From NCBI GenBank assembly GCA_016926735.1, contig JAFGOA010000171.1, positions 1 through 58,205 on the forward strand: DNA of 58,205 bases. Direction: 5' to 3'. Below, piece by piece: positions 11,139-20,930 of the stretch (within the stretch, counting starts at the first letter, position 1; each line of letters opens with the position of its first letter). Under the pieces are notes generated by a model that was given only the letters and a program-made list of their open reading frames with translations, was not told the DNA's origin and made no database searches. This stretch comes from Promethearchaeota archaeon (GTDB lineage Archaea > Asgardarchaeota > Lokiarchaeia > Sigyniarchaeales > SOKP01). The translations under genes were made by a program, and so were the position numbers.

Positions 11139-11654
11139 TTACTCTCGTGCTTTTAAATAATTTCTTATAAATTGTACTCTGTCTCTGATATATTTGTGTT
11201 CATGATTTTCACATTTCTTTAGTAAATATTCTGCTTCTTTTTCATCAATAAGATATTCCCAAAGTAATTGATCCAAAACACCTATTCCCCATCCCCTAAC
11301 ATTTTCATCATCTAAAAACTCCTCAATCCATTTAAATGCCATAGGATGAGCAATATGTTTAATAAGCCATACAGCATCCATAGCTCTCTGATCTTTTGAG
11401 GTTTTATATATACTATATGCATACTCCGTAGCAGTTGAAGATTTAATATATCTAAGAATGCTTATTATAACGCCTTCTCCTTCTTTATGCTCCAAATAAT
11501 AATCTACCATTTTCTTAATTTCATTTTTATCTAAAATTAATTCTAAAGCATCTCGTGCAATAAAAGTCCCATCAAATTCATGTGTTTTCTTTCCAGAAGA
11601 ATCATATTTAAGACTTCCTGCTTGAATTCCTAGTTCTTTCCAATTATACTTCAT
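11139..11654 (-). CDS. Hypothetical alpha-helical protein
   Basis: 171-aa ORF with protein-like composition. Confidence 0.7.
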   Translation of the reverse strand: MKYNWKELGIQAGSLKYDSSGKKTHEFDGTFIARDALELILDKNEIKKMVDYYLEHKEGEGVIISILRYIKSSTATEYAYSIYKTSKDQRAMDAVWLIKHIAHPMAFKWIEEFLDDENVRGWGIGVLDQLLWEYLIDEKEAEYLLKKCENHEHKYIRDRVQFIRNYLKARE

Positions 11655-11718
11655 AGAGAATTACAATTTTTCTTATCTAAATATATTAATCTAAATTTCC
11701 ATTAATATATTATATATT

Positions 11719-12333
11719 ATGTCGATTAATCCAACTGTGAAAATAGCACCTGATGATGTTGTTCGATATTTATTATATCAACAATTTTATTATGGAGGAG
11801 ATCGTATTTATGGACGTACAAAGGATCAATTTGAATACATTAAAAACTCTGGTAAAGCAATTGAAAGATTTTATATACTTATTACAGATCCCATAAATTT
11901 AATTGATGAGGAAAATCTTGAGAAATATCTGGAATTTTTTAATAACCAAATCCACATTATTCCAATAAAAGCTATAATGGATAAATATCTTGATTATAAG
12001 AATAATTTCAATCTTGAGATGGACAGAAAGATGACACTTTCAGTTGTTATTGGTGAATGTCTTACTCAAATTCATACTGACTGTTTTAATAAAACTATCA
12101 ATCATTTTATTGATTTTATAATAGAAAAAAGGAAATTAAAAAATCCCCAAAAACAGGAAATTAAAAAAAAAATTGAATCTTTATATTGTAGAAGTAATCC
12201 CTCTATTGGAATGCTTTATAGTCTAAGTTTCATGAATTTTATTGCTGAAAAATCGGGTTACGACTCAATTTCAAAAAAATGTCAAGAATTATTGATAAAA
12301 AACTATAATATTCTTTTAGATATTATTGAATGA
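11719..12333 (+). CDS. Hypothetical protein
   Basis: 204-aa ORF. Confidence 0.7.
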   Translation: MSINPTVKIAPDDVVRYLLYQQFYYGGDRIYGRTKDQFEYIKNSGKAIERFYILITDPINLIDEENLEKYLEFFNNQIHIIPIKAIMDKYLDYKNNFNLEMDRKMTLSVVIGECLTQIHTDCFNKTINHFIDFIIEKRKLKNPQKQEIKKKIESLYCRSNPSIGMLYSLSFMNFIAEKSGYDSISKKCQELLIKNYNILLDIIE

Positions 12334-12431
12334 GAGATTATTTTATGGAATACCCTCTATAGTTCAAATTTTTAAAAAATTTCTTTATATAATCTCTTAA
12401 TTTTGTTTTAGTAAAGTGTGGCTAACTTAAA

Positions 12432-12467
12432 GGAATAAAATGTCATTATGATTTTCAATTATATTCC
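12432..12467 (-). promoter_or_regulatory. Candidate 3'-UTR SECIS-like hairpin
   Basis: Minus strand GGAATATAAT-TGAA-AATCATAA-TGAC-ATTTTATTCC: 9 of 10 bp stem capped by possible tandem G.A pairs, 10 nt after the stop of the TGA-containing gene. Confidence 0.35.
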
Positions 12468-12477
12468 CACTAAATCC

Positions 12478-12960
12478 CTATTTATTTATTTTTTTTAATT
12501 CATCAATAATCTCTTTATTTTCAGGAATATCATGCATGTTGTCACTATAATACGCATATCTTATAATTCCATGTTTATCAATAATTATTAATCCAGGCAT
12601 TCTTCCCATTTTCAGAATTTTTATTTCTTGCCTTAAAATTTTAGCTATGTTTTTTTTTTTATCATAAAAAATTGGAAATACTCTAGCATATTTTTGTTGC
12701 ATTTTTACAGCATTTGTTTTGTTATCAACTAAAATGGGGTATAAAAATGTGTCAAGTTCTTTAAATTTCTGAAAATCTTTTCTTAAGTGAACTAGATGTC
12801 TTTTACAATATGGTCAATATATACTCCTTAAAAGAATTATAACAATATTTTTTTTATTTAGTAAACTCTTGATATTAATAAGTTCTCCATTTGTATTTGG
12901 CAATTCAAATTCCTGTATCCTTGTCCCTACTAATTGAAATTTATCTTTAATCTTAATCAC
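12478..12960 (-). CDS. AhpC/TSA peroxiredoxin-like (redoxin) protein, probable selenoprotein with UxxC motif
   Basis: One frame reads ...FELPNTNGELI...VIILLRSIY-TGA-PYCKRHL...PGLIIIDKHGIIRYAY; the only internal stop is TGA (12814-12816) at the first Cys position of the CxxC site. Confidence 0.85.
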
Positions 12961-13254
12961 CTTAATAAATTTACTTATGAAATAGAGGATATTATTATAT
13001 CTAAAATCTATTTTTATAAAAAATAGATGGTTCTTTATAAATAAATTAGCTATAAAATAGTAAAATTTCTCTTAGATATTTTATATCTTTAGCTAAATAT
13101 AATTAAATAAATGGATATGAAATAAAATTGGTTATAACTATAATAATCTTAGCTAATGCTTTTTAAATTTAATAAATGAAAGATATTTTTCAGTATAAGT
13201 TATTTATTTTCGAATTTCTTAAATTCTGTTTTTCATTAATGATTAATGATTAAA

Positions 13255-13299
13255 ATTCATGAATTCATGAATAAGAAAGTATATAATTCACTTATTCAT
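13255..13299. promoter_or_regulatory. Palindromic operator candidates upstream of the ArsR/GyrI regulator
   Basis: Perfect 18-bp palindrome ATTCATGAATTCATGAAT (13255-13272); ATGAATAAG-N15-CTTATTCAT (13267-13299). Confidence 0.45.
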
Positions 13300-13340
13300 A
13301 TCTTCAGTAAAAAATCTTTAAAAAGAGAAGAGAATTACCT

Positions 13341-14243
13341 ATGATAGAACAATCTTTCAACAATGATGATGATATGAAGCATTTTATTTTAGATTCCTTG
13401 GATGAATTAATAGCACTACTAAGAATAGTGGATCATCCTCAAAGAATAAGAATATTAACATTATTAGTTACCGAATCAGCACAATTTAGCGAGCTGGAGC
13501 GATTAACAAAACTCAAAAAAAGTGCTTTAGGTAATCATCTTAGCATTTTGATAAGTAAAAATCTTATAAAAAAGGAACAAAGAGGATTATATAAAATAAG
13601 AAAGGAAGGGAGATTTATTTTAGAAGCTATTGCCAAGAGTTATCTTGAAATAAAAAAATTAGAAGAAGAAAGATTGCTCAAAACAAAAGCCTTGATAAAG
13701 AAATATACAAGAAATGTAGGTAAAAAAATGAATGTTAATAAAATTGAAAATTCTTCTCTCCAAAGAATTGAGGATATGAAAGTAGAAATTGTTATATTAA
13801 AACCAATGAGAGTAGTAAGTTTTCACGAAATAGGTGAAAATCCTGAATTTAAAGTTTTAGAAAAATTAATAAATTGGGCTAAACCAAAAGGATTGCTTAA
13901 AAATCGAGAATTAAATCCAATTTTTGGTTTTAATAATCCTAATCCATTAGAAGGAAAAAAAGAATATGGATATGAATTATGGCTTGTTATTGATGAAGAG
14001 ATGCAGGTATTCGACGATGTAATAATAAAAGAGGTTGAAGGAGGGAAATTTGCGGTTACAAGATGCGAAGTCAGAGGGAATCCAGAAATAATTCCTAAAA
14101 CTTGGGAAAATTTAGCGAAATGGGTGCAAAAAAGCAATTATCGTTATGGAGGACCCTATTGGTATGAAAAATATATTGTTCAAATTGAATCAATTATTGA
14201 AAATGTGAATTTCACATTAGAACTCTATTTCCCCATAGTTTAG
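13341..14243 (+). CDS. ArsR-type HTH plus GyrI-like effector-binding domain regulator
   Basis: N-terminal HPQRIRILTLL...LGNHLSIL; C-terminal FGFNNPNP...GYELW...GGKFAV...ELYFPI. Confidence 0.85.
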   Translation: MIEQSFNNDDDMKHFILDSLDELIALLRIVDHPQRIRILTLLVTESAQFSELERLTKLKKSALGNHLSILISKNLIKKEQRGLYKIRKEGRFILEAIAKSYLEIKKLEEERLLKTKALIKKYTRNVGKKMNVNKIENSSLQRIEDMKVEIVILKPMRVVSFHEIGENPEFKVLEKLINWAKPKGLLKNRELNPIFGFNNPNPLEGKKEYGYELWLVIDEEMQVFDDVIIKEVEGGKFAVTRCEVRGNPEIIPKTWENLAKWVQKSNYRYGGPYWYEKYIVQIESIIENVNFTLELYFPIV

Positions 14244-14502
14244 AAACCAATAGATATACTCTAATGGAATATATATAAAAATTTTTTTTTCTTTTTCAAA
14301 TCATCAATAATTATTTATTGTTTGGAAATAAGGAATTATTTGCCTCATCAAGTCGCTCATCTGTGAAAGAATTTGCATAATCAAAAATTACATTATCAAT
14401 TTCCAGAGGATGTATCGTTTTCTATATAATAATATGTTTCTCATTATTTAATTTATGATTATTATTATAAAATTTTTATATTAGAAAAAGATCTTATCAT
14501 TT

Positions 14503-14691
14503 ATGAGTAAAAAATATGAAAAAAAAGTCAATCATATTAAAGAAAATAAAAAAGAGCATGATCAGCACCACTCAAACAGAGGGAGTTCAAAAATAGATAT
14601 AAGAAATGGATCAAAATTTTCAGTAAAAAAGGAAAAAAAAAATCTTAAAAATATGAAAAAAAAACTCGAACGTAGTAAGAAAATTTGGTAA
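14503..14691 (+). CDS. Small basic hypothetical protein
   Basis: 62-aa Lys-rich ORF with ATG start. Confidence 0.35.
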   Translation: MSKKYEKKVNHIKENKKEHDQHHSNRGSSKIDIRNGSKFSVKKEKKNLKNMKKKLERSKKIW

Positions 14692-14916
14692 ATCATCTAA
14701 AAAATAGATTTTTGCGGGTTTACAGTTTGAAATGGATTCAGATCCTATGATTTTAGAATTAGAAGAAAAAATAGAACCTAAGTCAGAAGGTAATAACTAC
14801 TCATTTTTATTGTTTATAAACTCTCAAAAAAAAAAAGTTAAAAATTATATAAAGGATAATTATAATTTTCTTTTTAGCATAATAAATAATATTCTATATT
14901 TTCATGAGGCCTCATA

Positions 14917-16212
14917 TTGATAAGAAAATTATCTAATGTTGAAAAAGACATCTTTAGAAAAAAAAATAACAAACCAATTTTCTTTGCTACAGTAGCTAGA
15001 ATTATACCAAAAATAAAGAAAGAAAATTTTGTTAAATTACTTCCAAAATTATCAAATAAATATCCCTTATTCTCAGTTCGTGTGAATTATGATGATAAAA
15101 GACAACCATTTTTTTCTAATACAAATGTTGCAGATTTTAATATACAAACAATTATAGGCAAAGAAGATAATGATTGGGTAAATATTGTAGAAAATGATTT
15201 AATGATTCCATTTTCATTAAATAAAGGTCCCTATGTGCGTTTTATATTAATACAATTTAATGAATTTACTGATTTAATTATCACTTTTCATCATGGTATC
15301 TCTGATGGATTATCTGCGATTCTTATACTTAGAGATATAGTAATCCTTTTAGATAATCCTACTATAGAGTTAAATAATAACCCAATAATTCCCTTTTTTA
15401 CAGATTTAATCCCAAATAAAATAAAAGATTACATAATAAATATTTCAAAAAAAGAATTGGAAAAAGGCTTAAATTCTTACAAAAAAAGAGAGTTTACAAA
15501 TGAAATTATTGATATGATAAAACCATTCAAATATATATTAATAGCATGGTCATTATCAAGAGAGCAAACTCAAGCATTAATTATTCGAGCAAGAGAAGAA
15601 AAGACATCTGTACATAGTGCATTAAATGTTGCATTCTTGAGAGCATTTGCACAATTTTATGGAATAAATGAAAATTGGAAAAGAATATTACAAAGCCCAA
15701 TAAATTTTCGACCTTTTTTATCCAAAGGTGTTGAAAATGCACTTGGATTGTTTGTTAGTATAATTAGAATAAATGTTAATTGTTCTCTTAAACGAAATTT
15801 TTGGGATATTGCCAGAGAAATTAAAAATAAAATATAAAAAAAAATTAATTCAAAAGAATTCTTTGCTGATTATATCATACCCGAATATATAACAAAAAAC
15901 TATTCTGATAACGAAAATGCTATTTATGCTATAAATAAAAGAATGAAAGAAATGCTCAAAATGGATTATGAATTCTCTCTATCAAATATAGGCAGAATAA
16001 CTTCTTTAAATAACACTAGCAATTTTAAAATTAAATCTATTAATGGTCCTATATTTAGTGCACATGATAAAGAAAAAATAGTTGGTGTTAATACATTTGA
16101 AGGAATTATGAATATTACTCTTATTTTTAGAGATATAACACTAAATCTTACATCTGGTGAAAGAATTAAACAATTAGCAATGAATGAATTAAATAGAGCA
16201 ATAAATCAATAA
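14917..16212 (+). pseudogene. Condensation-domain (PapA5/alcohol acetyltransferase-like) acyltransferase split by one in-frame TAA
   Basis: HHGISDG catalytic motif; TAA at 15835-15837, then 35 open in-frame codons join ORF 15943-16212 (FSLSNIGR). Confidence 0.8.
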
Positions 16213-16508
16213 TTATTTACAAAAATAAATTATGTTTTTTTATAAATTTTCCAGAGAATATTAAAGTGACTGTAATCGTCTAGATGAGAATCAAAATTGG
16301 TTAGATTTATAAAAACACTTTTGATGATATTAATTGATTTTTAGATAATTATATTTTTATCTGAATTTATTCTTAAAATAGTTATATCATTAAAATCAGA
16401 GAAGATGAATATATATTATAATAAAAAAAAGAAAATAATCTCTAAGTGTACTTTAAAGATATTAATGAAATCTCATAAAATTGGTCATATCTATAAATTT
16501 TTAATAAT

Positions 16509-17342
16509 TTGAATTATTTAAAAGAATTAATGTCTCTTGATTTTTTTGAATTAGATAAAAAAGATAAATATAGATTCCGAATATTGTTATATTTTTTAGC
16601 ACTAATAATTATTTATCTAATCTTGTTTATTATAGCTCTTATACCTCTTTTAAAATATCCTGAATTAGAAATTGGGATAAATCAAACAAGAGATCTTTTA
16701 TATGAAATTGTAAATATATGTGGTATTTTCTTACTTTTTAAATTTCTGTGGCTATTTTTATGTTTTTTTTCTGTTGATAGTGATAAGATTATAAAACATA
16801 ATATACGGGATAAAGATGCAGTAAAATTTTTTAATGAAAATATAAAGATTTTAAAATTACAATATATAAACCTAAAAAAAATAATATTTCTTTTTTCCTA
16901 TAAAAAAAATCGTAATGAGTATCATAAAAAAAAAATTGAACAACTCAGAGAAATCCAAAATGACTTTTTAAGACTGATAAATGAAAATAATATGAAATAT
17001 AACTTGAAATTTGGAGATATTATATTTAAAGAGAACCCTATCACTGAAAATCAACAACGTATATTTAATTTAGTTATTGCAGCGAGAACAATTTATTACA
17101 ATAGAAAAGCATTTAGTCAAACAATATTAGTTATTGCAAGCCATATAATAGATCTAGGTTTTAGTTTTGTTTTATTCTCTGTCTCATTATCTCTAAATTC
17201 TATTATTCTATTTATTGTAGTTTCGGTTGTTAATATTATTGCTATATTTTGGTGGATGTTGATTATAAAACAAAATCTTAGACTCAAGGAACATGCATAT
17301 GTGATTATGGGTGGAATTATTGATCGAATGAAGGTATTATGA
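16509..17342 (+). CDS. Hypothetical membrane protein (about 4 TM)
   Basis: 277-aa ORF with two pairs of hydrophobic segments. Confidence 0.65.
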   Translation: MNYLKELMSLDFFELDKKDKYRFRILLYFLALIIIYLILFIIALIPLLKYPELEIGINQTRDLLYEIVNICGIFLLFKFLWLFLCFFSVDSDKIIKHNIRDKDAVKFFNENIKILKLQYINLKKIIFLFSYKKNRNEYHKKKIEQLREIQNDFLRLINENNMKYNLKFGDIIFKENPITENQQRIFNLVIAARTIYYNRKAFSQTILVIASHIIDLGFSFVLFSVSLSLNSIILFIVVSVVNIIAIFWWMLIIKQNLRLKEHAYVIMGGIIDRMKVL

Positions 17343-17463
17343 ATTCTTTAAAAAAAAGGTCAAATCAATTCTCAATATAATTTTTGTATAATTTATCAAT
17401 CGCTAAATTAATCTCTCTGCATTATGGGTAAATTAAATTTCCCTTTACCAATTGAGTTTTTAA

Positions 17464-18279
17464 TTAGATTCTTTTCATGATTAGATCATAAATTGCCTGA
17501 ATATTTTTCGCCATATTACTTGTATCAAATTCAACACCCAATCTTGAGCGTAGAATCGTTGGAATATCTTCTTTATCCAAAAAGACGGGAATTATAGGTT
17601 TTCCTATAGATTCTGCTGAGGTCCATTCACTTTCAACGGCTTTTGATTCAGATGCATTCCTTGAGCAGAATAAAAGAACCACATCACACTTACCTAAGTT
17701 ATCATTCATGTATTTCACAATATTATCTTTCATATCCTCTTGCCAATAAAGCACATCACCAATATCATCATAAGAGGCTAATTCATAGGCTATTCTCGAT
17801 ATTTTGTATAAAATAGCATCTTTAGTGGAATAACTAATGAAAATTAGAAGACCTTCTTCTTGTTCTTTCTTAATGAGTAGAGAATGCTTTATCTCTTCTA
17901 CTATCTTCACATCCAAAGAATTTCTTATCAATTTATGAGTTGGTTTTATCCCTGCTTTTGCTGTTGATGAAGCCCATGACAATTGATATTGATTATATAC
18001 TTTCAATTTTCCATCTTCTATCTCAAAATGAACCCAGAATTCATATTTGCGCTCAACATCTGGAATATTTTTTATTTCAAATTGGTATATATTATTATCT
18101 GATATCTTTACAAATTCAATTCTATAAATATTCTGAGGATTAAAATACCAAAATCTAATTTTTGAAATATTATTTATCACATCTTGAAGGAAACTTTTAA
18201 GGTCAGCCGGTACTTGGTCGATTGTTTCCAGTAATTGCTCATTAAATAATTTTGATTTAAATTTCAAAGGGTGATTCAC
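17464..18279 (-). CDS. TIR-domain protein (C-terminal TIR_2)
   Basis: IFISYSTKD...CDVVLLFCS...ESEW...KPIIPV, with the Glu at the TIR catalytic position. Confidence 0.85.
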   Translation of the reverse strand: MNHPLKFKSKLFNEQLLETIDQVPADLKSFLQDVINNISKIRFWYFNPQNIYRIEFVKISDNNIYQFEIKNIPDVERKYEFWVHFEIEDGKLKVYNQYQLSWASSTAKAGIKPTHKLIRNSLDVKIVEEIKHSLLIKKEQEEGLLIFISYSTKDAILYKISRIAYELASYDDIGDVLYWQEDMKDNIVKYMNDNLGKCDVVLLFCSRNASESKAVESEWTSAESIGKPIIPVFLDKEDIPTILRSRLGVEFDTSNMAKNIQAIYDLIMKRI

Positions 18280-18410
18280 CTTTTCTTTCTATATGTTAAA
18301 AAATATTTTTAAAAAATAATAACAAAAAGAGCAAATAAGTTTATTGGAAAAATCATAATTTTCTTATTGAATCCAAAATAATCTGGGAATTAAGGAATTA
18401 TATTTCTAGA

Positions 18411-18423
18411 AGTGAAACAGTTA
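18411..18423. repeat. Repeat site 1 (arm left of core)
   Basis: AGTGAAA-CAGTTA, intergenic. Confidence 0.55.
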
Positions 18424-18552
18424 AAATATTAACTTCCTAGTATCAATAATTTTTGCGTAGCAATTTTAAGAAAAATTAAAATATATTTAAAAGGATTTTA
18501 TTACTTTAAATTATTTTATCAATAATATAAATATATAACCACACAAAAAAGG

Positions 18553-19281
18553 ATGAAAATCAAAATAAAAAAAATCTTTCAAGTATTGTTTATTTATACC
18601 TTATTAATATATAATCTCTCAGGTTGCATTTCATCAGTATTATCAATTTCAACTGAACAAGATGAAATGAATGATGTAGTTTGTTGGGATCAATCAATTA
18701 ATAAAAAATCTTACTCAAGTGAATATGATTATTTAGATATAATTGAAATCTCAATAAATGGACAGATAATTAATATAACCTTTTTAGGAGATTTAGCTGA
18801 TTTTGGTGATAATTGTAGCCTTAGACTAAGTTTTTACGAATTCTTTGATCTTAATTCCTTTTTAAATTTAACCGATCCCTATCAATATCCATTTTATGAC
18901 CTTTATTTTGGTTATACAGCAGATATATTTGGAAGTTTAATGTATAGATTAAATGATTCAGAAACTATGTATTGGAATGGTACTGATTTTGAATCAGAAT
19001 ATCATTCAATTACATCTAATTTTACTATTACTCAATATTCAATAATATACGAAATTAGCATATTTGCTTTCAACCTATCAGATATTACAATATTTTATGC
19101 GCAATCTCATTACTATAATTCAACTCATTCAATGGCAGATTTTGCTCCTGAAATTTATAATTGGTGGATTTATGATAGATCATCAAGATTCACAATCCCA
19201 AGCTATGAATTATTTAGCTTGATAGGAGCAATATGTATTGTATCAATTGTGTTAATAAACAAAAACCGAAAAAACAAATGA
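18553..19281 (+). CDS. Secreted protein with Loki-CTERM-like anchor
   Basis: Signal peptide; C-terminal IPSYELF-TM-KNRKNK. Confidence 0.75.
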   Translation: MKIKIKKIFQVLFIYTLLIYNLSGCISSVLSISTEQDEMNDVVCWDQSINKKSYSSEYDYLDIIEISINGQIINITFLGDLADFGDNCSLRLSFYEFFDLNSFLNLTDPYQYPFYDLYFGYTADIFGSLMYRLNDSETMYWNGTDFESEYHSITSNFTITQYSIIYEISIFAFNLSDITIFYAQSHYYNSTHSMADFAPEIYNWWIYDRSSRFTIPSYELFSLIGAICIVSIVLINKNRKNK

Positions 19282-19333
19282 TTAAAATTATATTTTAAAA
19301 AGCTCTAAATTAAAATATTTTCTTTTTTAATTG

Positions 19334-19352
19334 AATCAACATGAAATAACTG
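19334..19352. repeat. Repeat site 2 (arm left of core)
   Basis: AATCAACATGAAA-TAACTG; its reverse complement differs from site 7 at one base. Confidence 0.85.
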
Positions 19353-19444
19353 AATTTTAATTTTTATATATTTAATTCATGCAAATAGTCATTGAGTTAA
19401 CAAAAGATCGTGAATTAGAGAGATATTAATTTTATTGAAATTAT

Positions 19445-20287
19445 TTATTCCTCTAAAACTTGACAAGAAGGACAAAAGTAAATAGCACCTCCAAGATATT
19501 GTTGTTTTTTTATTGAAGTAGTACAAACAGGACAAGGAGTGCCAACTGATTTACTATGCATAATTCTTGGATATCTACCATAATTATTAAATATATCCCT
19601 CTCGCAATCTCTTCCTCCTAGTTTTACCATTTTAGAAAGTTCATTTCGAGTTGTATCATACAGTAATTTAAGTTCCTCTTTTTTCAATGATTTTATCTCT
19701 CTTTTAGGATGAATTTTAGATAAAAAGAAAATATCCTGAATTACTCCATTTCCGATTCCTTTTAATCCTGGTTCTGAAATGAAAAATTTCTTTACACTAC
19801 ATTTCTTTTTATTGGATATTTTCTGTAATAATTCATTAAAAATATTGAATGTAAATTCTTCTGAAAGTGGATCAATTTTATTAAACTGAATATGAGGATG
19901 TTTATCAATTTTATTGGAGGCAATTAATCTTACTTCTCCCCATCCACTTATCGTTACTGTCATATAAGTTTGATCAGTGAATTCCAATAACAGTTGATGT
20001 TTTGGAGGAATAGTTTTATCATGTTTATGATAAAGAATTCTCTCTCCACCACATCCTAGACTTAAAAAATAGTCACGATCTAATTGAATAAGAATAATAT
20101 TTCCATTTGACTTGCTTTCTGTAATTTTTTTTCCTTTAAGGAGAGATGAGAATTCTTCATCTGAATATTCTCCAATAAAAGCAAATCTATGAGGATTTTG
20201 ACCTCTAATAGCAGATTTTATAGATTTTCCTATAAGTGTTTCATTAATCTGTTTAGATATTACAATTGCTTCAGGTAATTCTATCAT
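19445..20287 (-). CDS. Fpg/Nei-family DNA glycosylase/AP lyase-like protein
   Basis: N-terminal MIELPE, H2TH motif GIGN, C-terminal zinc finger CPVC...FCPSCQ. Confidence 0.9.
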   Translation of the reverse strand: MIELPEAIVISKQINETLIGKSIKSAIRGQNPHRFAFIGEYSDEEFSSLLKGKKITESKSNGNIILIQLDRDYFLSLGCGGERILYHKHDKTIPPKHQLLLEFTDQTYMTVTISGWGEVRLIASNKIDKHPHIQFNKIDPLSEEFTFNIFNELLQKISNKKKCSVKKFFISEPGLKGIGNGVIQDIFFLSKIHPKREIKSLKKEELKLLYDTTRNELSKMVKLGGRDCERDIFNNYGRYPRIMHSKSVGTPCPVCTTSIKKQQYLGGAIYFCPSCQVLEE

Positions 20288-20397
20288 TGATAAGTTATGT
20301 ATTATTATTCTTTAAAAAAATTAATGATCTTATAAATAGAAAAGAGTATAATGGAATATATGTATCCACGTAAAACAATTATTGGTATTTAAAAATA

Positions 20398-20787
20398 TCA
20401 TTCTTTTAACATAAATTCAATTCTTTTCAATTCATCCCTAAGTTCCTTTTTTCGCTTTTCTACCTCTTCCTTTCTTAGTTTTATCTCATTAATATTTGGT
20501 TTTTTAAGCGGTATTACACTACTAATATCCTTTATTAAATCTTCCTTTTTATATTCTGCCATTATTTCCTTACGAGATTTTCCTCCCTTAAACTGTGGAT
20601 CATTTTTATCTGGTAGTGTCAATTTATTAAATTTATCAATCTTTTGCCTTATCGAGGATCTTATAAACTCTGATTTGGTTTGAAAGTGTAATTTAGAATA
20701 TCTCTTAATCAGATTATTTTCTTTTTCTGTAACTAAAAATTTTATTTGAACATTTCTTTTATCCTTATCATACTTTTTTGCTATAAT
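20398..20787 (-). CDS. Ribbon-helix-helix (CopG/MobC-like) protein, extended upstream of the ORF-track start
   Basis: Frame is open for 55 more codons: RNVQIKFLVTEKENNLIKRYS...KSEFIRSSI; AGGTG RBS directly upstream; ATT/ATA start. Confidence 0.7.
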   Translation of the reverse strand: MIAKKYDKDKRNVQIKFLVTEKENNLIKRYSKLHFQTKSEFIRSSIRQKIDKFNKLTLPDKNDPQFKGGKSRKEIMAEYKKEDLIKDISSVIPLKKPNINEIKLRKEEVEKRKKELRDELKRIEFMLKE

Positions 20788-20807
20788 TTACACCTTTAAA
20801 AAATAAT

Positions 20808-20824
20808 TGTACATAAAATGTACA
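20808..20824. promoter_or_regulatory. Palindrome upstream of the RHH gene
   Basis: TGTACAT-AAA-ATGTACA. Confidence 0.5.
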
Positions 20825-20930
20825 TATTTATAACTTTTAAAAACTAAAAATATTTATTTATAGAAAATATGAATTTTTAAATAAGCATCTAAGAGGAATG
20901 CTTAAATATAATTAAAAATATGAGAATTAA

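Noticed and set aside
14310-14445. Short minus-strand coding-like stretch (KTIHPLEIDNVIFDYANSF...)
   Set aside because: Too short and lacks a start; cannot be assigned without a search
14732-14920. 62-aa ORF upstream of the condensation-domain gene
   Set aside because: Low-complexity translation that looks intergenic
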